NCBI RefSeq assembly: GCF_016903815.1
Contig: NZ_CP069973.1
Direction: 5' to 3' (one strand)
Length of the DNA stretch: 64,000 nucleotides
From: Escherichia coli
Lineage (GTDB): Bacteria > Pseudomonadota > Gammaproteobacteria > Enterobacterales > Enterobacteriaceae
Positions 1 to 10,690 of this stretch are shown here, piece after piece. Each line of letters opens with the position of its first letter. Position 1 is the stretch's first letter. The notes beneath the pieces were generated by a model that worked only from the letters and a program-made list of their open reading frames with translations, did no database searches and had not been told where the DNA came from. The translations under genes were made by a program, and so were the position numbers.

Positions 1-631
1 GCGCAATGTAAGATCCTAACGATCGCATTTCCTCGCGTACCTCATCGAGTACATCATCGCTTAATGGCAATTCATATATTGACCTGACTGCCGGAAAACC
101 CGCCTCACGCATCATAAATGCCCATGTCATGGGTACAGGAGCCCGGAGATTCTGATCCATCCGGGACGCGTTCTTACACAAAGGGGAATAGCACTTCATG
201 GTTAAACCGACGACCTGGAAATTCGTTTTTGCTTTCAACTGACTGATAAATATCATCGTTTTCAGGTTCTTTTTACGCATCGCCTCTATACAAAGATCCG
301 GCGTACCGTATTGCAGTGTTATGTTCTTCGCTAAATATTTTATTTCTTTTAATGTTGCGTGATCCTGCATAGTCATTGTGACTAATGTTAATTTAGTCTG
401 TTCAAGTTTGAGCGCATTAAAGACTTCTAAATTAATTGTCGACGTAACAATTAATAGATGCTTAATTTTATGCAATTCAAGCGCCCGAATAACAGGAAAG
501 ATGGCCATAGCATCGCCAATCTGATCGGGAATATGTATGACAACAAAGTCTGTTTTTTCAATATTAAAATTATAAGCTTTATAATCGTAGTAACTAAATG
601 CAATACGTCTCAACAATGATACTAAAAACAT
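1..631 (-). CDS. Partial CDS (N-terminal part, runs off window start); possible glycosyltransferase family 9 (heptosyltransferase-like, yeeL-like)
   Basis: Minus-strand ATG at 629-631 opens a frame read by hand for ~75 codons without a stop; the IGDAMAIFPVIRAL-type N-terminus resembles GT9 heptosyltransferases. Not in the ORF track because it leaves the window. Confidence 0.35.
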   Translation of the reverse strand, partial: MFLVSLLRRIAFSYYDYKAYNFNIEKTDFVVIHIPDQIGDAMAIFPVIRALELHKIKHLLIVTSTINLEVFNALKLEQTKLTLVTMTMQDHATLKEIKYLAKNITLQYGTPDLCIEAMRKKNLKTMIFISQLKAKTNFQVVGLTMKCYSPLCKNASRMDQNLRAPVPMTWAFMMREAGFPAVRSIYELPLSDDVLDEVREEMRSLGSYIA

Positions 632-945
632 AACTAACCTCGCCTCCCTACTGGTTATAATGCAATGCAGTCTATCAGAATCATCAGGGTACAATTTTGT
701 GCATATGCGGACTTTTATGTTTCATATCTCGAACCTGTGGGCCCTCTGCTTAATCCTTAAACAACACCAGCAACTCCTGCGCTTTCATCTTCCATCGAAT
801 TTTTCATGTTGCCGCTAATCAGCCATAAAATCATTTGCAGATGCGCTCTGTCGAGGTAGTCTCATAAGGTTCGTTTATAGATCGACGGCAATGTGAGTTA
901 CCTTTTCCATACTAATTATAAAAAGACAGTACAAACAGGATCATT

Positions 946-2262
946 ATGGACTCCACGCTCATCTCCACTCGTCCCGATGAAGGGACGCTTTCGTTAAGTC
1001 GCGCCCGACGAGCTGCGTTAGGCAGCTTCGCTGGTGCCGTCGTCGACTGGTATGATTTTTTACTCTATGGCATCACCGCCGCACTGGTGTTTAATCGCGA
1101 GTTTTTCCCGCAAGTAAGCCCGGCGATGGGAACGCTCGCCGCATTTGCTACCTTTGGCGTCGGATTCCTTTTCCGTCCGCTCGGCGGTGTCATTTTCGGT
1201 CACTTTGGCGACCGACTGGGACGTAAGCGCATGTTAATGCTGACCGTCTGGATGATGGGCATCGCGACAGCCTTGATTGGTATTCTTCCTTCATTCTCGA
1301 CCATTGGGTGGTGGGCACCTATTTTGCTGGTGACACTGCGTGCCATTCAGGGATTTGCCGTCGGCGGCGAATGGGGAGGCGCGGCGTTGCTTTCCGTTGA
1401 AAGTGCACCGAAAAATAAAAAAGCCTTTTACAGTAGCGGTGTACAAGTTGGCTACGGTGTAGGTTTACTGCTTTCAACCGGACTGGTTTCATTGATCAGT
1501 ATGATGACGACTGACGAACAGTTTTTAAGCTGGGGCTGGCGCATTCCTTTCCTATTTAGCATCGTACTGGTACTGGGAGCATTGTGGGTGCGCAATGGCA
1601 TGGAAGAGTCCGCGGAATTTGAACAACAGCAACATTATCAAGCTGCCGCGAAAAAACGCATCCCGGTTATCGAAGCGCTGTTACGACATCCCGGTGCTTT
1701 CCTGAAGATTATTGCGCTACGACTGTGCGAATTGCTGACGATGTACATCGTTACTGCCTTTGCACTTAATTATTCAACCCAGAATATGGGGCTACCGCGC
1801 GAACTTTTCCTTAATATTGGTTTGCTGGTAGGTGGATTAAGCTGCCTGACAATTCCCTGTTTTGCCTGGCTTGCCGATCGTTTTGGTCGCCGTAGGGTTT
1901 ATATCACAGGTGCGTTAATCGGAACGTTGAGCGCATTTCCTTTCTTTATGGCGCTTGAAGCACAATCTATTTTCTGGATAGTTTTCTTCTCCATAATGCT
2001 GGCAAACATTGCGCATGACATGGTGGTGTGTGTGCAACAACCGATGTTTACCGAAATGTTTGGTGCCAGTTATCGCTATAGTGGCGCTGGAGTCGGTTAT
2101 CAGGTTGCCAGTGTGGTTGGCGGTGGATTTACACCTTTTATTGCCGCTGCACTCATCACTTACTTTGCCGGGAACTGGCATAGCGTCGCCATTTATTTGC
2201 TGGCTGGATGCCTGATTTCCGCAATGACCGCTTTGTTGATGAAAGACAGTCAACGCGCTTGA
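946..2262 (+). CDS. shiA: Shikimate transporter, major facilitator superfamily
   Basis: 438 aa ORF with multiple hydrophobic segments and the MFS sugar-transporter motif GHFGDRLGRKR; synteny immediately upstream of amn. Confidence 0.85.
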   Translation: MDSTLISTRPDEGTLSLSRARRAALGSFAGAVVDWYDFLLYGITAALVFNREFFPQVSPAMGTLAAFATFGVGFLFRPLGGVIFGHFGDRLGRKRMLMLTVWMMGIATALIGILPSFSTIGWWAPILLVTLRAIQGFAVGGEWGGAALLSVESAPKNKKAFYSSGVQVGYGVGLLLSTGLVSLISMMTTDEQFLSWGWRIPFLFSIVLVLGALWVRNGMEESAEFEQQQHYQAAAKKRIPVIEALLRHPGAFLKIIALRLCELLTMYIVTAFALNYSTQNMGLPRELFLNIGLLVGGLSCLTIPCFAWLADRFGRRRVYITGALIGTLSAFPFFMALEAQSIFWIVFFSIMLANIAHDMVVCVQQPMFTEMFGASYRYSGAGVGYQVASVVGGGFTPFIAAALITYFAGNWHSVAIYLLAGCLISAMTALLMKDSQRA

Positions 2263-2363
2263 TAGCCTGGCGAAGATCATCCGATCTTCGCCTTACACTT
2301 TTGTTTCACATTTCTGTGACATACTATCGGATGTGCGGTAATTGTATGGAACAGGAGACACAC

Positions 2364-3818
2364 ATGAATAATAAGGGCTCCGGTCTGACCCCAGCTCAGG
2401 CACTGGATAAACTCGACGCGCTGTATGAGCAATCTGTAGTCGCATTACGCAACGCCATTGGCAACTATATTACAAGTGGCGAATTACCTGATGAAAACGC
2501 CCGCAAACAAGGTCTTTTTGTCTATCCATCACTGACCGTAACCTGGGACGGTAGCACAACCAATCCCCCCAAAACGCGCGCATTTGGTCGTTTTACTCAC
2601 GCAGGCAGCTACACCACCACGATTACTCGCCCTACTCTCTTTCGTTCGTATCTTAATGAACAACTTACGTTGCTGTATCAGGATTATGGTGCGCATATCT
2701 CTGTGCAACCCTCGCAGCATGAAATCCCTTATCCTTATGTCATCGATGGCTCTGAATTGACACTTGATCGCTCAATGAGCGCTGGGTTAACTCGCTACTT
2801 CCCGACAACAGAACTGGCGCAAATTGGCGATGAAACTGCAGACGGCATTTATCATCCAACGGAATTCTCCCCGCTATCGCATTTTGATGCGCGCCGCGTC
2901 GATTTTTCCCTCGCACGGTTGCGCCATTATACCGGTACGCCAGTTGAACATTTTCAGCCGTTCGTCTTGTTTACCAACTACACACGTTATGTGGATGAAT
3001 TCGTTCGTTGGGGATGCAGCCAGATCCTCGATCCTGATAGTCCTTACATTGCCCTTTCTTGTGCTGGCGGGAACTGGATCACCGCCGAAACCGAAGCGCC
3101 AGAAGAAGCCATTTCCGACCTTGCATGGAAAAAACACCAGATGCCAGCATGGCATTTAATTACCGCCGATGCTCAGGGTATTACTCTGGTGAATATTGGC
3201 GTGGGACCGTCCAATGCTAAAACCATCTGCGATCATCTGGCAGTGCTACGCCCGGATGTCTGGTTGATGATTGGTCACTGTGGCGGATTACGTGAAAGTC
3301 AGGCCATTGGCGATTATGTACTTGCACACGCTTATTTACGCGATGACCACGTTCTTGATGCGGTTCTGCCGCCCGATATTCCTATTCCGAGCATTGCTGA
3401 AGTGCAACGTGCGCTTTATGACGCCACCAAGCTGGTGAGTGGCAGGCCCGGTGAGGAAGTCAAACAGCGGCTACGTACAGGTACTGTGGTAACCACAGAT
3501 GACAGGAACTGGGAATTACGTTACTCAGCTTCTGCACTTCGTTTTAACTTAAGCCGGGCCGTAGCAATTGATATGGAAAGTGCAACCATTGCCGCGCAAG
3601 GATATCGTTTCCGCGTGCCATACGGGACACTACTGTGTGTTTCAGATAAACCGTTGCATGGCGAGATTAAACTTCCCGGTCAGGCTAACCGTTTTTATGA
3701 AGGTGCTATTTCCGAACACCTGCAAATTGGCATTCGGGCGATCGATTTGCTGCGCGCAGAAGGCGACCGACTGCATTCGCGTAAATTACGAACCTTTAAT
3801 GAGCCGCCGTTCCGATAA
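2364..3818 (+). CDS. amn: AMP nucleosidase
   Basis: ORF translation from MNNKGSGLTPAQALDKLDALYEQ gives 484 aa; AGGAGA Shine-Dalgarno at 2354-2359. The upstream in-frame ATG at 2208 overlaps the shiA end and is treated as a non-coding extension. Confidence 0.9.
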   Translation: MNNKGSGLTPAQALDKLDALYEQSVVALRNAIGNYITSGELPDENARKQGLFVYPSLTVTWDGSTTNPPKTRAFGRFTHAGSYTTTITRPTLFRSYLNEQLTLLYQDYGAHISVQPSQHEIPYPYVIDGSELTLDRSMSAGLTRYFPTTELAQIGDETADGIYHPTEFSPLSHFDARRVDFSLARLRHYTGTPVEHFQPFVLFTNYTRYVDEFVRWGCSQILDPDSPYIALSCAGGNWITAETEAPEEAISDLAWKKHQMPAWHLITADAQGITLVNIGVGPSNAKTICDHLAVLRPDVWLMIGHCGGLRESQAIGDYVLAHAYLRDDHVLDAVLPPDIPIPSIAEVQRALYDATKLVSGRPGEEVKQRLRTGTVVTTDDRNWELRYSASALRFNLSRAVAIDMESATIAAQGYRFRVPYGTLLCVSDKPLHGEIKLPGQANRFYEGAISEHLQIGIRAIDLLRAEGDRLHSRKLRTFNEPPFR

Positions 3819-4160
3819 TAAGTTCTGAACCTTCTCATCAGAAATAGATGTGAAGGATTAAGCAAGACATCTGGCAAATAGCCTGCAATCAACGCGGGCT
3901 GTTTGCTTCCTTGGGCAGATGCGAGTTTCATTATCGTCTTAATGATTTCCGCATATTAAAAGCATGTATGCTTTCAAAATATAATTATAAAAAATCCCGC
4001 CAACAACATTAGTTTTTATAAAACAAAATATAAGATTATGGCTTTAGAATATTTTTATTTCTAATAGACGAGATTTTTCCTGTTATGATATAATATGCTG
4101 ATTTAACACATGTTAACGATTTACCAGTAATGTAAATAAATTTTCGAGGAGATCATTCCA

Positions 4161-4877
4161 GTGGGACGTAAATGGGCCAATATTGTTGCTAAAAAAACGG
4201 CTAAAGACGGTGCAACGTCTAAAATTTATGCAAAATTCGGTGTAGAAATCTATGCTGCTGCTAAACAAGGTGAACCCGATCCAGAATTAAACACATCTTT
4301 AAAATTCGTTATTGAACGTGCAAAGCAGGCACAAGTTCCAAAGCACGTTATTGATAAAGCAATTGATAAAGCCAAAGGCGGCGGAGATGAAACGTTCGTG
4401 CAGGGCCGTTATGAAGGCTTTGGTCCTAATGGCTCAATGATTATCGCCGAGACATTGACTTCAAATGTTAACCGTACGATTGCTAACGTTCGCACAATTT
4501 TCAATAAAAAAGGCGGCAATATCGGAGCGGCAGGTTCTGTCAGCTATATGTTTGACAATACGGGTGTGATTGTATTTAAAGGATCAGACCCTGACCATAT
4601 TTTTGAAATTTTACTTGAAGCTGAAGTTGATGTTCGTGATGTGACTGAAGAAGAAGGTAACATTGTTATTTATACCGAACCTACTGACCTTCATAAAGGA
4701 ATCGCGGCTCTAAAAGCAGCTGGAATCACTGAGTTCTCAACAACAGAATTAGAAATGATTGCGCAATCTGAAGTTGAGCTTTCCCCAGAAGATTTAGAAA
4801 TCTTTGAAGGGCTTGTTGATGCCCTTGAAGATGACGACGATGTACAAAAAGTTTATCATAACGTCGCAAATCTCTAA
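4161..4877 (+). CDS. yeeN: YebC/PmpR-family probable transcriptional regulator
   Basis: 238 aa ORF beginning at GTG (GRKWANIV...) with GAGGA RBS at 4146-4150; DUF28/YebC-like sequence; synteny between amn and asnT. Confidence 0.85.
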   Translation: MGRKWANIVAKKTAKDGATSKIYAKFGVEIYAAAKQGEPDPELNTSLKFVIERAKQAQVPKHVIDKAIDKAKGGGDETFVQGRYEGFGPNGSMIIAETLTSNVNRTIANVRTIFNKKGGNIGAAGSVSYMFDNTGVIVFKGSDPDHIFEILLEAEVDVRDVTEEEGNIVIYTEPTDLHKGIAALKAAGITEFSTTELEMIAQSEVELSPEDLEIFEGLVDALEDDDDVQKVYHNVANL

Positions 4878-4886
4878 TTATATTTT

Positions 4887-4920
4887 AAAGAAATCTGTCT
4901 TTACGGCAGATTTCTTTAAT
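4887..4920 (+). terminator. Probable intrinsic terminator downstream of yeeN
   Basis: Inverted repeat aaagaaatctg ... cagatttcttt followed by T-rich tail. Confidence 0.5.
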
Positions 4921-5329
4921 CTCATATAACCCTTATAAAAAATATAATGTTCAACTCGTCATATTGATTATAAAAAAACCCCGCTCCCAGAGAAATAATA
5001 TTTATTAAAATTCCAGTTCTTCTTTTTCTGATTACAGAAGGCAAAGTGGCAATTACGCATAGTTTCCCGATAAAGACGCGATAGCGACATCCCGCATAAG
5101 GCATTTTTCTCTTTATCTTTGTACGGTACTTCATGGAACAGAGTTTTTGACCTTGCGAATCGTGATGTCTGTTGGGGGGCAACTTGCTCACTGAAGCGTG
5201 AGACTCGATTAAGCGCACGAAACACAGAAATCAAAAAACCCGGTCACTTTTTTACAAGGTAACCGGGTAAAAATAATTTTTATTTTTTAACTGTTTTGAG
5301 ACTCATAGAGATGTCTCAAAACTAAAATT

Positions 5330-5405
5330 TGGCTCCTCTGACTGGACTCGAACCAGTGACATACGGATTAACAGTCCGCCGTTCTACCGACTGAACTACA
5401 GAGGA
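5330..5405 (-). tRNA. asnT: tRNA-Asn (GTT anticodon)
   Basis: 76-nt reverse complement of TCCTCTGTAGTTCAGTCGGTAGAACGGCGGACTGTTAATCCGTATGTCACTGGTTCGAGTCCAGTCAGAGGAGCCA; identical to the two plus-strand copies. Confidence 0.92.
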
Positions 5406-5505
5406 ATCGTGAGAACGAGGCGAATATTAGCGATGCCCACCCACAATGTCAAAGCCTGTTTTTTAAATTTGAAATCGTTTGCTGAAATAATCTGCATTTT
5501 GTCGT

Positions 5506-7146
5506 TTATTCCGACACAACTGGCTTTTTTTCACACTTTTGCGGCTCGGGTCGAGGGTATTTCCATAGCCAACGTCCAGTAACCATTCGCCAGTAAAACA
5601 GCACGGCCCGCACAGCCCAGTCGGCAAACATTCCCATCCAGACACCAACCACACCCCAGCCAAGCATGATTCCCAGCACATAACCGACTACAACCCGACA
5701 ACCCCACATGCTCAACATCGAAACCCACATGGCGTAACGGGCATCACGAGCACCTTTAAATCCAGCGGGTAGCACCCATGAGGCGGACCAAATAGGCATA
5801 AATAAAGCATTTAGCCAAATCAGAATCACAACGACATGTTTAACCTGTGGATCCTGGGTGTAAAACGATGCCATAAGCCCGGCAAAGGGAGCCGTTAGCC
5901 AGGCGATGGCCGTTAATCCAAGAGTGGACAGCCAGAACACATGCCGCAACTGAATCTCTGCTTGCGCTATCTGCCCTACCCCCAACCTTCGGCCTGTAAT
6001 GATCGTAGAAGCAGAGCCGAGCGCACTTCCGGGTAAGTTGATAAGAGCCGCAATTGAAAACGCGATAAAATTTCCGGCAATAACACTGGTCCCCATCCCG
6101 GCAACGAACATTTGGGTTAATAACCGACCACTGGTAAATAACACTGATTCGACACTCGCGGGAATACCAATCCCCATGACTTCCCAGATAATGCTAAAAT
6201 TCAGCGGTTTAAAATAGCTCTTTAACGAAATCCTTAGCGCAGGATTAAAACCAATCGCCAGCACCCACAAAATTGCAACTGCGCCAATATAACGAGAAAT
6301 GGTTAAACCCAGCCCTGCCCCGACAAATCCCAGTCCCGGCCAGGAGAAAAGGCCGTAAATCAATATGCCGCTAATAATAATATTAAGAATATTCAGGCTA
6401 CCGTTAATCAGTAGCGGTATTTTCGTATTCCCTGCACCACGAAGTGCCCCGCTACCAATCAAAGTGATGGCAACTGCTGGATAACTGAGTACCGTCAGCT
6501 CCAGATAAGTCAACGCCAGTGCTTTAACTTCTGTCGTGGCATCACCCGCGACGAAATCAATAATTTGTTCGCCAAAATGATGAATAAGCGTTGCCAACAG
6601 TACGGCAAACAACGTCATGATCACCAATGACTGCCGCGTCGCCACCCTCGCTCGTCGTCGATCCCGCTTACCGAGACTAAATGCCACAACGACAGTAGTA
6701 CCAAGATCGATAGCAGCAAAAAAAGCCATAATGACCATATTGAAGCTGTCCGCCAATCCCACGCCGGCCATCGCATCTTTTCCCAGCCAGCTGACCAGAA
6801 AAGTGCTCAGGACACCCATCAACAGGACACAGGCATTCTCCATGAAGATAGGAACAGCAAGCGGGGTTATCTCGCGCCAGAACAACACTTTGTAGCTCTT
6901 GCGTTTAGCGTGCCAGCGAGTGCCGTGAACAACCTGGCGTAAAGCAGAGGAGATATTCAAAGCCGACCTTAATTGCAGAAAGTGAAACCACATTTCAAAT
7001 AATGAGGGAGAATCAGCAAAGCTGCAAAGATTTTCGCCAACAAATTGTCTGCAAATGCAACAAACTGTTGATAGAAACGGCAAACAGTTGGGAAATTTAA
7101 AAATCGGGTTTGACAAAAGATTTTTCGCCGTTAAGATGTGCCTCAA
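5506..7146 (-). CDS. yeeO: MATE-family efflux transporter
   Basis: 546 aa ORF with ~12 hydrophobic segments and MATE-like sequence; flanked by asnT and asnW as in the K-12 arrangement. The true start may be internal, giving a ~495 aa product. Confidence 0.8.
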   Translation of the reverse strand: MRHILTAKNLLSNPIFKFPNCLPFLSTVCCICRQFVGENLCSFADSPSLFEMWFHFLQLRSALNISSALRQVVHGTRWHAKRKSYKVLFWREITPLAVPIFMENACVLLMGVLSTFLVSWLGKDAMAGVGLADSFNMVIMAFFAAIDLGTTVVVAFSLGKRDRRRARVATRQSLVIMTLFAVLLATLIHHFGEQIIDFVAGDATTEVKALALTYLELTVLSYPAVAITLIGSGALRGAGNTKIPLLINGSLNILNIIISGILIYGLFSWPGLGFVGAGLGLTISRYIGAVAILWVLAIGFNPALRISLKSYFKPLNFSIIWEVMGIGIPASVESVLFTSGRLLTQMFVAGMGTSVIAGNFIAFSIAALINLPGSALGSASTIITGRRLGVGQIAQAEIQLRHVFWLSTLGLTAIAWLTAPFAGLMASFYTQDPQVKHVVVILIWLNALFMPIWSASWVLPAGFKGARDARYAMWVSMLSMWGCRVVVGYVLGIMLGWGVVGVWMGMFADWAVRAVLFYWRMVTGRWLWKYPRPEPQKCEKKPVVSE

Positions 7147-7153
7147 CAGCGAT

Positions 7154-7229
7154 TCCTCTGTAGTTCAGTCGGTAGAACGGCGGACTGTTAATCCGTATGT
7201 CACTGGTTCGAGTCCAGTCAGAGGAGCCA
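7154..7229 (+). tRNA. asnW: tRNA-Asn (GTT)
   Basis: Exact 76-nt tRNA-Asn sequence ending in CCA, read directly. Confidence 0.92.
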
Positions 7230-7240
7230 AATTTCTGAAA

Positions 7241-7266
7241 AGCCCGCTTTTATAGCGGGCTTTTTG
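7241..7266 (+). terminator. Intrinsic terminator after asnW
   Basis: agcccgc ... gcgggct hairpin followed by TTTTT. Confidence 0.6.
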
Positions 7267-8217
7267 CTATATCTGATAATCAATTTCCTCTTCACTGTTC
7301 TCCATCACCTGGCGCTTGATATCCTCAACTGACAGTCCTGCATTACAAAGTTCCAGAAAGCGCCAGACATAGTTACGTTGAAGTTGCCCTCGCTTCAGTC
7401 CCAACCATACAGTATTGGCATCGAAAAGATGCCGCGTATCCAGACGGATTAAATTCTCTTCCTCTTGTTCGCCGCTGGATTGTTCGGCAACTAATCCAAT
7501 CCCCAGCCCAAGAGCAACATAGGTTTTAATGACATCAGAATCCTGCGCACTTAATACAATATCTGCCAGCAAACCTTTGCGGGCAAATGCGTCATCAATA
7601 CGTGAGCGCCCCGTAATCCCCTGTCGGTAAGTGATTAACGGCCACTTCGCTATTGATTCCAGCGTCAACGGTGTAATTTGCGTCAAGGGATGATCGAGTG
7701 GAACAAGCAAACTATGGTGCCAACGAAACCACGGGAAGGCGACGAGCTGCGGGTCATTACTCAAACGCTCGCTGGCGATACCAATATCAGCTTCGCCATT
7801 TTGCAACAACGTCGCAATTTCCTGTGGCGTACCCTGGATTAGCTCCAGCCGAACCTCCGGGAAAAGTTCGCGAAAAGCTTTAATGACCTCAGGCAAGCTA
7901 TAACGTGCCTGAGTATGCGTCGTTGCAATAGTGAGAACGCCAGACGTATCGTTGGTAAACAGGTCTGCAAGCCGACGAACATTACTGGCTTCATTCAGAA
8001 TACGTTCTGCAATGACCAGTAATGCTTTGCCCGGTTCAGTCATGCCCAGCAGTCGCTTACCTCGTCGAACAAATATTTCGATGCCAAGTTCATCCTCCAG
8101 TTCCCGAATATGACGGCTGACGCCGGACTGTGAGGTAAAAAGCATATTCGCAACCTCTGTCAGGTTGTAATCCTGACGTGCAGCCTCGCGGATTATCTTT
8201 AGTTGTTGGAAATTCAC
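7267..8217 (-). CDS. cbl: LysR-family regulator Cbl (CysB-like, sulfonate utilisation)
   Basis: 316 aa ORF; N-terminal LysR HTH (MNFQQLKIIREAARQDYNLTEVANMLFTSQSGVSRHIRELE); position upstream of nac. Confidence 0.88.
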   Translation of the reverse strand: MNFQQLKIIREAARQDYNLTEVANMLFTSQSGVSRHIRELEDELGIEIFVRRGKRLLGMTEPGKALLVIAERILNEASNVRRLADLFTNDTSGVLTIATTHTQARYSLPEVIKAFRELFPEVRLELIQGTPQEIATLLQNGEADIGIASERLSNDPQLVAFPWFRWHHSLLVPLDHPLTQITPLTLESIAKWPLITYRQGITGRSRIDDAFARKGLLADIVLSAQDSDVIKTYVALGLGIGLVAEQSSGEQEEENLIRLDTRHLFDANTVWLGLKRGQLQRNYVWRFLELCNAGLSVEDIKRQVMENSEEEIDYQI

Positions 8218-8318
8218 GGTAAACTCCGGGCAGTTCAGATTTCCCGTTATTGTTAAAGTCTAATGCCCGGCATAACAAATAATAAAAACCCGCATCTTAT
8301 TCCATCCCGATATAACAC

Positions 8319-9236
8319 TTAGCTCACCAATTGCCACTGCCTTTTTTCCATCACTGGAGAACTAATCACTGACATTAACAACTCTTTCACTGCCTGTGCC
8401 TGTGGCGATAAGTTCGCTCTGGCGGGTAAATTTAATGACAAAGAGAGACTCATGGAAGGAGTGGTAATGCGTGACATCCACCCATTTACTGCGCCACATA
8501 ACGAACGCGCGGCCGATTCGGGTAATACTGCAACGCCCATGCCGCTGGCAATCGCTGCGGTAAGCGTGGCAATAGACTCAATTTCACCAATAACTTTTGC
8601 CGTGAGTCGCCGTAGGGAAAAAGCCTCATCAACACGAAGTCTAATAGCACTGTAATCACTGGGGAGAAAGAGGTTCATTTGCGCAATAGCATTCACATCA
8701 ACGCTTTGCCCCGGGCAATCTTGAGTTCCTACCAGAAAAAGATCTTCTTTCAGCAAAGCCTGACTGGATACACCAGCCACAGGGGAATGCTCATAAATCA
8801 CCGCCATATCGAGTTGGTGATTTATCAATTTTTCGTTAAGCACTGCACCACTATTTTCATGAAGATAGATAACGATCTCCGGAAATTCAGCGCGAACCGC
8901 CTGTAATAAGGGCATGGTGATGGATGACGCAGCGGTTCCTGGTGCAAAGCCAATCGAGACTTGCCCCGATAATGCCTGACCAACGTTATGCACCGCCAGT
9001 TGGGCCTGTTCACACTGACGTAAAATGGCCCGCGCATGGGTATAGAGAATTTTTCCGGCGTCTGTTGGTGTAACGCCCCGCTTTGTACGGATCAAAAGTT
9101 GTTGATTTAACTCACCTTCCAGTGTGGCAACCTGCTGGCTGAGCGCTGGTTGTGCGATATGCAATACTTCAGCAGCCTGGGTCAGGCTACCAATATCTAC
9201 AATTTTTACGAAGTATTTCAGGCGTCTGAAGTTCAT
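8319..9236 (-). CDS. nac: Nitrogen assimilation control protein, LysR family
   Basis: Translation from MNFRRLKYFVKIVDIGSLTQAAEVLHIAQPALSQQ gives 305 aa; the longer ORF start at 9266 is probably an artefactual extension. Confidence 0.88.
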   Translation of the reverse strand: MNFRRLKYFVKIVDIGSLTQAAEVLHIAQPALSQQVATLEGELNQQLLIRTKRGVTPTDAGKILYTHARAILRQCEQAQLAVHNVGQALSGQVSIGFAPGTAASSITMPLLQAVRAEFPEIVIYLHENSGAVLNEKLINHQLDMAVIYEHSPVAGVSSQALLKEDLFLVGTQDCPGQSVDVNAIAQMNLFLPSDYSAIRLRVDEAFSLRRLTAKVIGEIESIATLTAAIASGMGVAVLPESAARSLCGAVNGWMSRITTPSMSLSLSLNLPARANLSPQAQAVKELLMSVISSPVMEKRQWQLVS

Positions 9237-9562
9237 GTTGCCTCCGGTTTTTAAGAATCGGCCCAAGTGCCGCCATTACTTACAACCAGATTGCAAGATG
9301 CTTGCCAGTTTTATTTTGGTGTTGATGTACAAGCTAACCAACTGTCAAATAAGAGATTATGATAGATTCGTCATTTGCTCCTTTAATCAGCTGTCGCGTT
9401 CCCCTGCCCTATAAAAGGAGGGTATGCACCACGATGGTTCATTACCCAATAAGATTGAAAGCTCACCACTTTGTTGAAATTGACAGCAAACAAACAAAAA
9501 AATGCATTTCACCCTTTGACATCACCATGCACTGCCATTAATATGCGCCCCGTTCACACGAT

Positions 9563-9638
9563 TCCTCTGTAGTTCAGTCGGTAGAACGGCGGACTGTTAA
9601 TCCGTATGTCACTGGTTCGAGTCCAGTCAGAGGAGCCA
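9563..9638 (+). tRNA. asnU: tRNA-Asn (GTT)
   Basis: Exact third copy of the 76-nt tRNA-Asn sequence. Confidence 0.92.
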
Positions 9639-9644
9639 AATTCA

Positions 9645-9672
9645 AAAAAGCCTGCTTTCTAGCAGGCTTTTT
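9645..9672 (+). terminator. Intrinsic terminator after asnU
   Basis: gcctgct ... agcaggc hairpin followed by TTTTT. Confidence 0.6.
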
Positions 9673-9693
9673 GCTTTCTAATTACCAACGCTC

Positions 9694-10629
9694 TTAAAAC
9701 ATCTGTCTTGAACCAGAACTAATTTGCACAGGCATTCCCGATCGACGTTGCAACGCAGCATTTGCGCGATTTACATCAACTTCTTGCCCGTTGATAAACG
9801 CCCGCAAAGATGGGGTTACCGGCAATGGCACTTTTCGGTCAGACTCATATTCTGCACGATTGCGCGACAACGGCTCATGAACTTCCAGCCAGTTCGAGCC
9901 ATCTGGTTCAGTGGTGTATTTTACTGGCTGGTCGATAATTTGCACACGCGTCCCAACAGGAACATTATCAAACAGATATTTGATATCGTCATTGCGCAGA
10001 CGAATACAGCCCTGACTTACCCGGAGCCCAATACCAAAATTGGCATTGGTACCATGGATGGCATACAACCTGCCAATATAAATCGCGTACAGCCCCATGG
10101 GATTATCGGGGCCCGCAGGAACAAATGCGGGCAAACTCTCCCCTCGTTTCGCATATTCGCGCCGAGTGTTCGGCGTTGGCGTCCAGGTTGGAGCTTCTTG
10201 TTTACGTTCAACGGTAGTCACCCAGTTACGCGGGGTTTCTCGCCCAGCCTGGCCGATACCAATAGGAAAGACTTCCACAGTATTACTGTCTGGTGGGTAG
10301 TAATAAAGACGCATCTCAGCGACGTTAACAACAATCCCTTTACGAACAGTGTCGGGCAAAATCAGTTGCTGCGGAATGGTGAGTTGCGAGCCAGACTTCG
10401 GCAAAAAAACATCAGCGCCCGGGTTCGCTTCCAGCATGTTACTTAACCCTTGCCCGTATTGTGCGGCAAAAGTCTCCAGCGGCTGGGTATTGTGATCAGG
10501 AACAGTTACAGTAAACGACTGCCCCACTAAACGGCTACCCTCTGGAGGTAATGGATAAGTTACCGCCAGGCTAGTATGGCTGGCAAAAAGCAGAGCAAAT
10601 GAGCAAAGAATATTTACACGACGCATCAT
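9694..10629 (-). CDS. ldtA: L,D-transpeptidase (ErfK/YbiS/YcfS/YnhG family)
   Basis: 311 aa ORF with signal peptide ([22 protein letters not shown]) and the YkuD-domain catalytic motif [20 protein letters not shown]. Confidence 0.85.
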   Translation of the reverse strand: MMRRVNILCSFALLFASHTSLAVTYPLPPEGSRLVGQSFTVTVPDHNTQPLETFAAQYGQGLSNMLEANPGADVFLPKSGSQLTIPQQLILPDTVRKGIVVNVAEMRLYYYPPDSNTVEVFPIGIGQAGRETPRNWVTTVERKQEAPTWTPTPNTRREYAKRGESLPAFVPAGPDNPMGLYAIYIGRLYAIHGTNANFGIGLRVSQGCIRLRNDDIKYLFDNVPVGTRVQIIDQPVKYTTEPDGSNWLEVHEPLSRNRAEYESDRKVPLPVTPSLRAFINGQEVDVNRANAALQRRSGMPVQISSGSRQMF

Positions 10630-10690
10630 GTCCCTTTCCTATGTCGCGAAAGCTATCCGTTAAGTATAGCTTTTATCAGACTTTTCGTTT

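Noticed and set aside
2208..2363. N-terminal extension of the amn ORF starting at ATG 2208 (536 aa)
   Set aside because: It overlaps the shiA 3' end and has no RBS; the ATG at 2364 has an AGGAGA Shine-Dalgarno and gives a canonical-length AMP nucleosidase.
5999..6895. Plus-strand ORFs within yeeO (5999-6217, 6617-6895) and similar antisense ORFs inside shiA, cobT, plaP, hisD and other core genes
   Set aside because: Fully contained antisense to conserved genes with no independent start signals; treated as six-frame noise.
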